Below are positions 47,175 to 56,589 of a stretch of DNA of 64,000 nt, piece after piece. Location of the stretch: NCBI GenBank assembly GCA_963701855.1, contig CAVPBK010000005.1, positions 192,001 to 256,000 of the forward strand, given 5' to 3'. The stretch is from Nitrospirota bacterium (GTDB lineage: Bacteria > Nitrospirota > Nitrospiria > Nitrospirales > Nitrospiraceae). A program made the position numbers and the translations under genes. How positions within the stretch are numbered: the first letter of the stretch is position 1; every line of letters starts with the position of its first letter. The notes below the pieces were generated by a model, which did not search any database, was not told the origin of the DNA, and saw only the letters and a program-made list of their open reading frames with translations.

Positions 47175-47534
47175 ATGCGGGATGACACACAGCTTCGGGC
47201 ATTTGAGCTGGCAGATGAAGTGGTCATGTTAGCGTATCGGACAACCGCAGGGCTTCCAAAGGAAGAGATGTTTGGACTGACTTCTCAGATACGGCGGGCA
47301 GCAGGTTCAGTTCCTTCTAATATCGTGGAAGGTTGCGCTCGTGACAGTGAGACAGAGTAGCTCAGATTTCTCAATATCGCCTTCGGGTCGTTGAGGGAGC
47401 TACACTATCAAATAAATTTGTCGAAGCGCCTGGGCTTCTTGCCCCGGGAGAATTCATCTCTGCTTGAACCAAAGATCGTAGAAACCGAGAAGGTATTGAA
47501 TGGCTTGATTCGTGCTCTGCGAGATAATTCATAG
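47175..47534 (+). pseudogene. Four-helix-bundle protein (TIGR02436 / 23S-IVP / Avd-like) with an in-frame TAG
   Basis: [33 protein letters not shown] at 47358-47360, then LRFLNIAFGSLRELHYQ...LNGLIRAL in the same frame. Confidence 0.88.
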
Positions 47535-47565
47535 CCTTCAGTCTTCAGCCTGAACACCTAACCGT

Positions 47566-48600
47566 ATGTCAGACTATCGCCACATTTTATTGATCAAGCC
47601 GAGTTCACTGGGCGACATCGTGCATACGATGCCGACCTGTGCGGCAATTCGCCGAGCCTATCCCAAGGCTCGACTCACCTGGTTGGTCAAGCGCCAATGG
47701 GCGGACCTAGTCGAGCGCATTGACGGGGTAGACCGGGTTTGGCCAGTGAAATCGACGCTCAAGGGGTGGCTCTCTCAGGTGCCCGCTCTTCGTACGGAGC
47801 GCTTCGATCTTGTCGTGGACCTTCAAGGTCTCTTTCGGAGCGCCGTCATCGGGTGGCTCGGAGGATCTCCTCTGCTTGTGGGATTTGCCAATGGGAGAGA
47901 GGGGAGTCCCTGGTTCTATTCGAGGTGCGTGCCGGTCCCACAATCGGAGATGCACGCGGTCGATCGTTACCTGCTTGTGGCCAAGGCAGTGGGGGCTGCG
48001 GAGTCCGGTGCGCCGGAGTTCCGTTTCCGCATTCCGCAGACCGATTATGAAGAGGTTGATGGTCTCTTGATCCGATCCGGCGTAACGCCTGGAACGAGTT
48101 GGGTGGCGATGAATGTCTCTGCTCGGTGGCCGACCAAGCGGTGGCCGGCTGCGTCGTTTGCCGAAGTCGCAGACCGGCTGCGGCAAGAAGAATGTGGCGC
48201 GGTGGTGATGATCGGTGGCCCTGACGAACGAGAGGATGTTGCCGCAGTGAACGGGATGATGAAGGCTCCTGCTATCGATCTGACCGGAGCCACGGCAGTG
48301 GGGTTGCTGCCGGCGCTCCTGAGCAGGGCGTCGCTGCTGATTACGAACGATTCAGGTCCGATGCATATTGCAGCAGCGGTTGGCACACCAGTGGTGGCCC
48401 TGTTCGGGCCGACGAGTGCGGTTCGAACCGGCCCCTATGGGATGGGTCACCACGTTTTGACGGGAAAGGTACCCTGTAGCCCCTGCTTCAGTCGAACTTG
48501 CCATAATACTCTGCAGTTGGAGTGTTTGAGAACGGTCTCGCCACAACAAGTACTGGCGGCGGCGCGAGCACAGCTGTCTCTTCGGGTGACTCCCCGATGA
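47566..48600 (+). CDS. LPS heptosyltransferase, GT9 (WaaC/WaaF-like)
   Basis: IKPSSLGDIVH, DLQGLFRS, TKRWP, TNDSGPMH, LFGPT. Confidence 0.88.
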   Translation: MSDYRHILLIKPSSLGDIVHTMPTCAAIRRAYPKARLTWLVKRQWADLVERIDGVDRVWPVKSTLKGWLSQVPALRTERFDLVVDLQGLFRSAVIGWLGGSPLLVGFANGREGSPWFYSRCVPVPQSEMHAVDRYLLVAKAVGAAESGAPEFRFRIPQTDYEEVDGLLIRSGVTPGTSWVAMNVSARWPTKRWPAASFAEVADRLRQEECGAVVMIGGPDEREDVAAVNGMMKAPAIDLTGATAVGLLPALLSRASLLITNDSGPMHIAAAVGTPVVALFGPTSAVRTGPYGMGHHVLTGKVPCSPCFSRTCHNTLQLECLRTVSPQQVLAAARAQLSLRVTPR

Positions 48601-49616
48601 ATGTCCTCTTAGTCCGCCCAGACGGGATCGGCGATGAAATTTTGTGTCTGCCGGTCGCTTCCGCGCTGCGCAGGCTCTTGCCGGAGGCGCGGATCACGTT
48701 TCTGTCCAGTGAGTATGCAGCCCCGCTGTTGGCTCATCATCCGGATCTTGACGAAGTCTGGACGGTCACGGGCCGGGAATCCCTGCGCGAGCTGATGGCG
48801 TTGTTTCACCGGGACGTTGATGCGGTGGTATTTCTCAAGCCGTTCAAGCAGTTGATGTGGGCGGCGTTCCTGGCGCGAGTTCCGATTCGAGTGGCGACAG
48901 GCTACCGCTGGTATAGTGTATTGGCGAATCGCCGAATCTATGAACATCGGAAAGATTTCTCCAAGCATGAAGCCGCGTATAACGTCGGTATGCTTGCGGG
49001 GCTTGGATTGAATCCCGGTAACATTTCTCCTCCAAGTCTCGTGTTGACCGATACAGAGCGCGCGTGGGGGCAAGAGCGGTTGCGCGGTATGCCCACACCC
49101 AAGGTGGTGCTCCATCCTGGCGGGTTTGCGGCCAGGCGCTGGCGCGTCGAGCAGTATCATGCGCTCACGCGCGAGTTGGACCGGAAGGGAGCGGGGGTGG
49201 TGCTGACCGGAAGCCAGGCAGAAGCGGACATGTTCAACCAGCACATGGACAGTGGCGCGCCGCTTCTTGCCTCGGTCTTGAATCTTATGGGGCAGTTGTC
49301 CCTGCGCGAGCTGATGGCCGTAATCGCGGCGAGTCATGCGGTGGTCTCAGGAGCCACAGGCCCGGCCCATATTGCCGCAGCCTGCGGGGTTCCGAATGTC
49401 AGTCTGTTCGATCCTCGGCGCAACAATCTTCCGACGCGGTGGCAGCCGCTCGGCAAGGGAGTCGTTTTGCGTCCTGATGTGCCGACTTGCGAAAAATGCA
49501 TATACGAGGCTTGTCCCTATTGGGACTGTCTCGACCGGCTGACGGTGGAAGCGGTTGCGCAGCATGTAATCCAGGCAGCCGGAGATCCGTCGCCGTTGAG
49601 AGTAGTCCATGTCTAA
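48597..49616 (+). CDS. Glycosyltransferase family 9
   Basis: VRPDGIGDEIL, LHPGG, TGPAHIAAA. Confidence 0.85.
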   Translation: MNVLLVRPDGIGDEILCLPVASALRRLLPEARITFLSSEYAAPLLAHHPDLDEVWTVTGRESLRELMALFHRDVDAVVFLKPFKQLMWAAFLARVPIRVATGYRWYSVLANRRIYEHRKDFSKHEAAYNVGMLAGLGLNPGNISPPSLVLTDTERAWGQERLRGMPTPKVVLHPGGFAARRWRVEQYHALTRELDRKGAGVVLTGSQAEADMFNQHMDSGAPLLASVLNLMGQLSLRELMAVIAASHAVVSGATGPAHIAAACGVPNVSLFDPRRNNLPTRWQPLGKGVVLRPDVPTCEKCIYEACPYWDCLDRLTVEAVAQHVIQAAGDPSPLRVVHV

Positions 49617-50373
49617 GCTCTCGGTCTACGTGATCGCATACAACGACGAGCCTAATATGCGGGCCTGCCTTGAGTCTGTGGCAAGCTGGGGCGATGAATT
49701 GATCGTCGTGGATTCCCACAGTACGGACCAGACGGCCGCAATCAGTCGTGAGTTCACGGAGAAGGTCCATCAAGTCGACTTCAAAGGATTCGGCAATCTG
49801 CGCAATCAGGCAGTCGCCCTCACGACCCATGAGTGGGTCTTTAGTCTGGACAGCGATGAGAGGATGACGCCCGAGTTGCGGGAAGAGATTCAACTGCTGC
49901 TCGACCGGGAACCCGAGGCGGATGCCTACTTCGTCCCAAGAAAGAACTATTTTTTAGGCCGGTGGATCAAACATTGCGGCTGGTATCCCGACTATCGGCA
50001 ACCGCAGTTGTTTAGAAAGGGACGGTTTCGGTATCGCGAAGAACTGGTCCATGAGAGTTTCGACTGCGATGGGCAAGTCGGCTTTCTCAAGAGCCCCGCG
50101 CTGCAGTATCCCTTTCGGGACATCGATCATTACGTAGCGAAGCAGAATCGCTACTCGGAACTGATGGCCCGTCGCATGGTGGAGCAGGGCCGGCGGTTCT
50201 CTCCCCCTCAACTGATCACCCATCCGCTCGGCGCGTTTTTCAAGATGTATGTGCAGCGCACCGGCTTCCTTGACGGCATGCCCGGCTTGATTCTTTCCGG
50301 ACTCTATGCCTATTACACCGTCATGAAGTATGCGAAATTCTGGGAACTCACGAAAGACAAGATGTCTGCCTAG
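49609..50373 (+). CDS. Glycosyltransferase family 2 (WaaE/KdtX-like)
   Basis: VVDSHSTD.T, LDSDE, GWYPD, VHE, GFLDG..G. Confidence 0.88.
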   Translation: MSKLSVYVIAYNDEPNMRACLESVASWGDELIVVDSHSTDQTAAISREFTEKVHQVDFKGFGNLRNQAVALTTHEWVFSLDSDERMTPELREEIQLLLDREPEADAYFVPRKNYFLGRWIKHCGWYPDYRQPQLFRKGRFRYREELVHESFDCDGQVGFLKSPALQYPFRDIDHYVAKQNRYSELMARRMVEQGRRFSPPQLITHPLGAFFKMYVQRTGFLDGMPGLILSGLYAYYTVMKYAKFWELTKDKMSA

Positions 50374-50465
50374 TCTGTCTGGTCTATCCGGTCTGTTTGG
50401 TCCTTAAAATGTAAAGGCTTGATACTCGATAGACCAGATAGACCGAACAGACCAAAGAGACACCA
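50372..50465. repeat. 9-bp periodic inverted repeat
   Basis: AGTCTGTCT GGTCTATCC GGTCTGTTT GG ... ATAGACCAG ATAGACCGA ACAGACCAA. Confidence 0.8.
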
Positions 50466-50468
50466 ACT

Positions 50469-51317
50469 ATGAAAGTCAGCGGATTTACATTCGTGCGGAA
50501 CGTGGTGAAGTACGACTATCCGGTCGTGGAGTCGATCCGATCCATTTTGCCGGTGGTCGATGAATTTATCGTGAACGTCGGGCGGTGCGATGACGGCACG
50601 CTTGAGCTGATTCGCTCGATCGGTGATCCGAAGATCAGGATCGTGGAGTCGGTCTGGGATGAGACGCTGCGAAAAGACGGACTGATCTATGCCCAGCAGA
50701 CCAACATTGCGTTGTCACACTGTACCGGCGATTGGGCATTCTACATCCAAGCCGACGAGGTGGTGCACGAAGACGATTTGCCGATCATTCAGGAGGCCAT
50801 GCACCGCCATCTCGGCAATCCCGAAGTGAAAGGGCTTCTGTTCCGGTATCTGCATTTTATCGCGGACTATTGGTCGACGAATCCCTGGTTCTACCACAAA
50901 GCCGTGCGAATCATCAGGAACAGCGGCGAAGTGGAGTCTTGCGGCGATGCCGTGGGATTTCATCTCAAGGCGACGCAGCAGTATCTCCAGAGTGGACCGA
51001 AGGAATGGATTACTCCATCGAACGGGCGAATCTTTCACTATGGGTGGGTGAAAGACCCGAAAACGATGCTGGAAAAAAAGCGGGAGCAAGTGGCGGTCTA
51101 TCATGGAGGAGGCCATATTCCTGCCGCAGAGGCTAAACAACTGGCTCACGACAGCTTTCAGTTTGAAGACTATGCCATGTTGAAAGAATTCGGCGGATCG
51201 CATCCAACGGTGATGGCGGAACGTCTCCAATCCTCTCGGCGCTGGGCTGCCCGCCGCAATCGTTGGCTGAATCTCCAGTTTTATCGGGAAGTCTTTCGCC
51301 GTGGCTTTCGGGGATAA
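50469..51317 (+). CDS. Glycosyltransferase, GT-A fold (family 2-like)
   Basis: SGFTFVRN..KYDYP, DDGT, IQADE, FHYGWVK. Confidence 0.82.
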   Translation: MKVSGFTFVRNVVKYDYPVVESIRSILPVVDEFIVNVGRCDDGTLELIRSIGDPKIRIVESVWDETLRKDGLIYAQQTNIALSHCTGDWAFYIQADEVVHEDDLPIIQEAMHRHLGNPEVKGLLFRYLHFIADYWSTNPWFYHKAVRIIRNSGEVESCGDAVGFHLKATQQYLQSGPKEWITPSNGRIFHYGWVKDPKTMLEKKREQVAVYHGGGHIPAAEAKQLAHDSFQFEDYAMLKEFGGSHPTVMAERLQSSRRWAARRNRWLNLQFYREVFRRGFRG

Positions 51318-51344
51318 TATGACAGGCCGGCCAAGCGGCACATC

Positions 51345-52349
51345 ATGCTGAGTGTCATTGTCGCGGTTCATAATCAGCTGGGGCACAACCAGCTCTTTCT
51401 AGCGGGGATACAGCGCTATACAACCGGCCCATATGAAGTGATAGTGATCGACAATCATTCGACAGACGGGTCAGCGGAGTTTTTTGAAGCGAACGGGTGC
51501 CGGGTGATTCGAAACGATCGAAATCTCTGTTACCCGGAATCGATGAATCTCGGATCCGAATTGGCGAGCGGAGAGTTTCTGTGCCACATCAATAACGATT
51601 TGTATGTTGCGCCGAATTGGAACGGGTCCTTGATCGAGGCGATGGAGCGCCATCGTCTCGATGCTGTGTCGCCATTGGGGTTGGAAATGATGCCGACTGC
51701 TCCGTTGACCGATTGGATGCAGGGACGTTGGGCGGCGATTGGGCAAGGGCGGCTCTCCAGTGGAAAGGGCATCGAGCAACTGAGAGCGATGATTCAGGCA
51801 ATGTACGGCGATTGGGAGCGCTATTGCGGGGAAGCGCACCGTGCATTCGCCGGAACGATGTTCGAAGGGATCGTCGGGTCCTGCGTCATGATCAGGCATT
51901 CAACTTATGACGTACTCGGGGGGTTGGACGAACGGATTCAGTCCGCTGACTGGGACTTGTACTATACCCTGCGTAAGCGCGAACAGGTGGTCGGGGATAT
52001 GAAGCGATGCATGGTTGTGGGGGCGTCGTTCGTGCATCATTTCATCCGGGCGACGATGAAGAGCAAGCGGGAGCCGTTTGCCTGCACCCATGAACGATTG
52101 ACAATCGACAAGAAGTGGAGCCAGTCCGAACAAACCGAGCTGTGGTGTAAGCCGGCTGAATTCGCCTCATCGTCCGCTGGGCTGCGATTCGTTCGGCGCG
52201 TGGTAAAGCCTGTGAAGAAGTTGGTGCAGGAGCTGGATCGCGCCTCGGCTTGGCGCCGACTCTGGATCAGCCCTGATCGCGTAGTCGATCAGTACCGCCG
52301 GAAGTTTGAGCAGGCGGCAACTGTGTTGTCCAGAGAAGTGCCATCATGA
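51345..52349 (+). CDS. Glycosyltransferase family 2
   Basis: SVIVAVHN, VIDNHSTDGS, INND. Confidence 0.8.
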   Translation: MLSVIVAVHNQLGHNQLFLAGIQRYTTGPYEVIVIDNHSTDGSAEFFEANGCRVIRNDRNLCYPESMNLGSELASGEFLCHINNDLYVAPNWNGSLIEAMERHRLDAVSPLGLEMMPTAPLTDWMQGRWAAIGQGRLSSGKGIEQLRAMIQAMYGDWERYCGEAHRAFAGTMFEGIVGSCVMIRHSTYDVLGGLDERIQSADWDLYYTLRKREQVVGDMKRCMVVGASFVHHFIRATMKSKREPFACTHERLTIDKKWSQSEQTELWCKPAEFASSSAGLRFVRRVVKPVKKLVQELDRASAWRRLWISPDRVVDQYRRKFEQAATVLSREVPS

Positions 52350-52400
52350 TTAATGCAGGCTTGAGACGTTCCCTGATAACATTTTCCTGAAGGAACCGAT

Positions 52401-53180
52401 ATGCGTCAAACGATTTCCTGCGCGATTGTCGTGTTCAATGAAGAACGGAACATTCGTGAAGCTCTCGACTCGGTAACGTGGATGGATGAAATCATCGCAG
52501 TCGATTCCTACAGCACCGACAAGACCGTGGAGATTTGCCGGGAGTTTACGCCGCATGTATTCCAGCGCAAATGGAATGGTTTTGGTGAGCAAAAAAATTC
52601 TGCGATCGATCGTGCAACGTCAGATTGGGTGTTTATTCTGGATGCCGATGAGCGCGTCAGTGACGATCTTCGTGCAGAGATGCAACGAGTATTGGAGACC
52701 TCCACTCCGGCAGGTCCAGTGGCTTATTCGCTTCCGAGGAAGAATTATTATTATGGGGAGTGGATTCGATGGGGAGGGGTGTATCCGGATTATCAACTGA
52801 GATTGTTTCGACGTGGGGTCGGTCGGTTAGATGATAGCGAGCCTCATAACCGGTTTGTGTTTGAGGGGCTGCACGGAGATTTGAGCAATGCGCTCGATCA
52901 TTACACGGAACGGACGATCGAAGACCACTTCAAGAAGTTCAATAACTTTACGACATTGGCAGCGCGAGAGCGCGGAAAAACGAAGAAGACGGTTCGCTGG
53001 ACCGACCTGACAATGCGTCCGTTGTTTACTTTTTGGAAGTACTATTTCAGACGGCAAGGGTTTCGCGATGGAGTGCGCGGGCTCATTATCAGTGTGTTTG
53101 CCAGCATGTACACATTTGTGAAGTATGCCAAGCTGTGGGATGCAACCAGGCCGGACGTCTCTCACCCGGACGCCAAGTAG
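52401..53180 (+). CDS. Glycosyltransferase family 2 (WaaE/KdtX-like)
   Basis: NEERNI, DSYSTDKT, LDADE, YPDYQLRLF, GFRDG. Confidence 0.88.
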   Translation: MRQTISCAIVVFNEERNIREALDSVTWMDEIIAVDSYSTDKTVEICREFTPHVFQRKWNGFGEQKNSAIDRATSDWVFILDADERVSDDLRAEMQRVLETSTPAGPVAYSLPRKNYYYGEWIRWGGVYPDYQLRLFRRGVGRLDDSEPHNRFVFEGLHGDLSNALDHYTERTIEDHFKKFNNFTTLAARERGKTKKTVRWTDLTMRPLFTFWKYYFRRQGFRDGVRGLIISVFASMYTFVKYAKLWDATRPDVSHPDAK

Positions 53181-54316
53181 TGGGTACGCGAGTTCTCTAT
53201 GTGCATGGCATTGAAGCGATCGGCGGGGCAGAGCGAGACCTGATCGCACTGCTGAATACACTCGATCGTCACAAGTGGGAGCCGCATGTAGTCTGTCCGG
53301 GAACGGGCCCTTTCCGAGAGCAGCTCCATGCGATCGCCGTTCCCACTCATGCGCTGAGCCTTCCCCCCTGGAGAAAACCCCTCGAACTGTTTCAGCGCCG
53401 ATCGGCGGTCGGGCGTCTGGGGGCTCTCGTGAATCAACTCGATCCAGCCATGATTCATGTGAACGACATCTGGTGGGTGCCGCATACCGTGAGGGCGATC
53501 GCGAGCCGCACGTCCAATCCCGTGCCGATCGTGGCCCATGTGAGGCAGGAAATCGAGCCGGCAAAGGTACGACGGTACGAGCTTGATCGGGTAGAGTCCG
53601 TCATTGCGATCTCTCGGCAGATTGAACAGTCGCTGATTGCCGGCGGGGTATCGGCAAGAAATGTCCGGACCCTCTACAGCGGCATCGACCTTTCCGAGAG
53701 ACGGCTCACTCACGATGACCAGGCGATTCGTCGGATGATCGGGCTTCCGAACGGGGCCGTCTTATTAGGTACCGTCGCCAACCTGTTCCCGCGAAAAGGC
53801 TATGAGATCATGCTTCGGGCCCTTCCGGCTATCGTCCGTGCGGTACCCAAGGCGCATTACGTGATTGTGGGCAGTGACGATCACCGTTATGCCGATCGAT
53901 TGAAGAGTCTCGCGCATGAGCTGAAGATTGCCGATCGCGTCCATCTCGTTGGCTTTCAGGACCCAGTTCAACCGTTCCTGGCTTCCCTTGATCTGTATGT
54001 ACACCCGGCACTCATGGAGGGGTTTGGGATTGCGGTAGTCGAAGCGATGGCGATGGGAAAGGCTGTAGTCGCGACGACGACAGGGGGGCTTCCCGAAGTT
54101 GTGGCGCAGGGAGAGACTGGCTTGCTTGTTCCCCCTGGCGATGCCGAATCATTGGCCGCAACCGTGGTCTTGCTCCTGGAAGACAAAGTCCGACGTGAGC
54201 AGATGGGACTCTGTGGGAAGATGCGTGCGCAAGAGAGATTTAGTCTCGCTGCGTCTGTCATACATATGGAACAACTCTATGGTGAGGTGTTGGGAGTACA
54301 GAAGGGGCGAGGATGA
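53180..54316 (+). CDS. Glycosyltransferase family 4
   Basis: GGAER, KGY, EGFGIAVVEAMAMG, GETGLLVPP. Confidence 0.88.
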   Translation: MGTRVLYVHGIEAIGGAERDLIALLNTLDRHKWEPHVVCPGTGPFREQLHAIAVPTHALSLPPWRKPLELFQRRSAVGRLGALVNQLDPAMIHVNDIWWVPHTVRAIASRTSNPVPIVAHVRQEIEPAKVRRYELDRVESVIAISRQIEQSLIAGGVSARNVRTLYSGIDLSERRLTHDDQAIRRMIGLPNGAVLLGTVANLFPRKGYEIMLRALPAIVRAVPKAHYVIVGSDDHRYADRLKSLAHELKIADRVHLVGFQDPVQPFLASLDLYVHPALMEGFGIAVVEAMAMGKAVVATTTGGLPEVVAQGETGLLVPPGDAESLAATVVLLLEDKVRREQMGLCGKMRAQERFSLAASVIHMEQLYGEVLGVQKGRG

Positions 54317-55425
54317 GAATCGGTTTCGATGCCAATCCTATGGTGGGCGATATGGGTGGGGTGGGGTGGCACAGCTACCATCTGCTCCGTACGATGCTGG
54401 CGCAGCAGGCAGGAATCGACTTTCTGGCCTATGCCAAACCGGGCGCTAAGCAGCCTGACGCTGCGAAAGCGTGGACGGGCGTTGAGCGACTCCAGTGGAT
54501 GAATGCGAACCGCTGGGGGATGGGGAAGCGGGGCTCGTCCGATCAGTTGGATCTCTATCATGGGACCAACTTCAAAATGCAAACCATCGGGCGCTATGGC
54601 GGGGTTGTGACTATTCATGACCTCTGGCTGGACCGCCATCCCGAGTACTCGAAGAAGATGTTGGGCCAATGGCCCTCGTCGTTTAAGACGAGGCAGACTG
54701 CGCTGCGAGCCAGGAAAGCCATCACGGTGTCAGAATTTTCCGCGCGAGAACTCGTGGAACTGTATGGTTTGAAACGCGAACACATCAGGGTAATTCCCAA
54801 CGGAGTGTCGGAGGATTTTGTGCCACGCCGGGATGATCAGGCGATGGCGGAGTTGCGGAAACGGATCGGTCTGAAGGCCGAGCACTATGTTTTGTTTATT
54901 GGAGGGGCAGACCCGCGAAAGAATCATCAGGTATTTGTTGAAGCGGCGGAGATGGTGCGGAAGAAACTGGGATCGAGAATGTTGGTTCTTGTCGGCTCGC
55001 CGGTTCACCCGTTCGGGAACTATGAGGAGACGGCTCGAAGACGCAGCTTGACAGAGAAGGTGCTGTGCCCGGGACGGTTGTCCACGAACGATCTGCAGTT
55101 GCTGTATTCCTCCACCGATCTGTTCGTCTTTCCCTCGTTGTACGAAGGGTTTGGGATGCCCGTGTTGGAAGCGATGGCCTGTGGGGCGCCGGTGCTTACG
55201 TCCAATTCAACCGCGTTGGCGGAAGTTGCGGGTGATGCGGCCTTGTTGGCAGATCCACAAGATGCGCGGGCGCTCGGAGAGGCCATGATCCGTGCGCTTG
55301 ATGATGAGCCGCTTCGAGCCGCCTTAAAAGTCAAAGGATTCGATCGCGTCAAGCAGTTCTCCTGGGAGCAGGCGGCGACTAAGACCGTCGCGCTTTACAG
55401 AGAGCTGTGCCGCGTTGACCGTTAA
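54313..55425 (+). CDS. Glycosyltransferase family 4 (WbpY-like)
   Basis: TIHDL, TVSEFS, PRKN, FVFPSLYEGFGMPVLEAMACG. Confidence 0.9.
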   Translation: MRIGFDANPMVGDMGGVGWHSYHLLRTMLAQQAGIDFLAYAKPGAKQPDAAKAWTGVERLQWMNANRWGMGKRGSSDQLDLYHGTNFKMQTIGRYGGVVTIHDLWLDRHPEYSKKMLGQWPSSFKTRQTALRARKAITVSEFSARELVELYGLKREHIRVIPNGVSEDFVPRRDDQAMAELRKRIGLKAEHYVLFIGGADPRKNHQVFVEAAEMVRKKLGSRMLVLVGSPVHPFGNYEETARRRSLTEKVLCPGRLSTNDLQLLYSSTDLFVFPSLYEGFGMPVLEAMACGAPVLTSNSTALAEVAGDAALLADPQDARALGEAMIRALDDEPLRAALKVKGFDRVKQFSWEQAATKTVALYRELCRVDR

Positions 55426-55502
55426 ACGTTAGTCGTTAAGTGTTCAACGAGAGGAACGCAAACTGGCCGGTTCTTGCGATTCAAGATTTACGATTACCGA
55501 GC

Positions 55503-56528
55503 ATGCGCAATATCCTCATCATTAAACTCCGCTACATCGGTGATGTTTTGCTGGCGACGCCGACTATCCGCGCCATTAAAGCGGCATGGTCGGATGTCCG
55601 AGTCACGATGATGGTGAATCGAGGGACAGAAGACGTGTTATCAGGAAATCCTGATGTGGACGAGATATTGGCCCTCGATAAAGGATCTCTGGAGGCGCAA
55701 GGGCGGCTCATCGCAGGTCTGCGCCGTCGGCGATTCGATACGGTGATCGATTTGACCGATGGAGATCGGTCTGCGTTTCTGAGCTGGGTCAGCGGGGCGC
55801 CGGTTCGGATTGGGTTCAATGATGAGCACCGTTGGAGAGGGAAGTGGTATACACGTGTGGTCCAGTCTCTGTCCGGTATACAGCACCGGATTGACCGGGA
55901 TCTGGAAGCCCTTGAGCCTCTAAGCATCCAAGCCAGATCAAAGGATCTTCAACTTCGGCTGACGCCGGAAGAGGCGAACAGTGCGGATGAACTCTTGGGT
56001 CAGCTCGGCGTTCAACGATCGCAGTCGATGGTGATACTGCAGCCAGGCGCCCGGTACTGGTTCAAGGCCTGGCCTCCGGAGCGGTTCGCAGAGCTGGCCG
56101 ACCGGCTCACATCCCAGTATGGTTGCCAAGTGTTGATCGGAGGCAGCGATCAAGACATTGATCTGGCGCAACAGATTCGGCAGATGGCGAAGAGTAGCCT
56201 CGTCATCATGGCAGGCCGTACAACCATTAAACAGTTCGCGGCTGTCGCCAAAAAGTCAGCGCTCTTTGTGGGAAGCGATAGCGGTGCGATGCACATTGCT
56301 GCGGCAGTGGGCGCTCCCGTAGTGGCGTTATTCGGCCCGTCGAACCCTGCTGAATGGGGCCCGCGTGGAGAGGCGACCGAAGTGATCTACAAAGGACTGG
56401 ATTGCCGAGTATGTTTCCATCCCACCTGCCAGCGTGGAGAACAAAACTGCATGAAGTTGATTTCGGTCGGTGAAGTAGAGACAGCGTCGAAGCGTCTGAT
56501 TGCTTGTGTGAACCATGTCACGCAATAA
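55503..56528 (+). CDS. Heptosyltransferase III-like, GT9 (WaaQ/RfaQ)
   Basis: ILIIKLRYIGDVLLATP, LTDGDRSA, FKAWP, DSGAMH, LFGPS. Confidence 0.82.
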   Translation: MRNILIIKLRYIGDVLLATPTIRAIKAAWSDVRVTMMVNRGTEDVLSGNPDVDEILALDKGSLEAQGRLIAGLRRRRFDTVIDLTDGDRSAFLSWVSGAPVRIGFNDEHRWRGKWYTRVVQSLSGIQHRIDRDLEALEPLSIQARSKDLQLRLTPEEANSADELLGQLGVQRSQSMVILQPGARYWFKAWPPERFAELADRLTSQYGCQVLIGGSDQDIDLAQQIRQMAKSSLVIMAGRTTIKQFAAVAKKSALFVGSDSGAMHIAAAVGAPVVALFGPSNPAEWGPRGEATEVIYKGLDCRVCFHPTCQRGEQNCMKLISVGEVETASKRLIACVNHVTQ

Positions 56529-56589
56529 CCTCCCAAGGCATCTGCTCGACCTACTCAGGTTCATTGAGGCCCTGTAACTTCTTTCTCCT

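Noticed and set aside
47175..47534. 23S rRNA intervening sequence
   Set aside because: The family name is historical; no rRNA sequence flanks either gene
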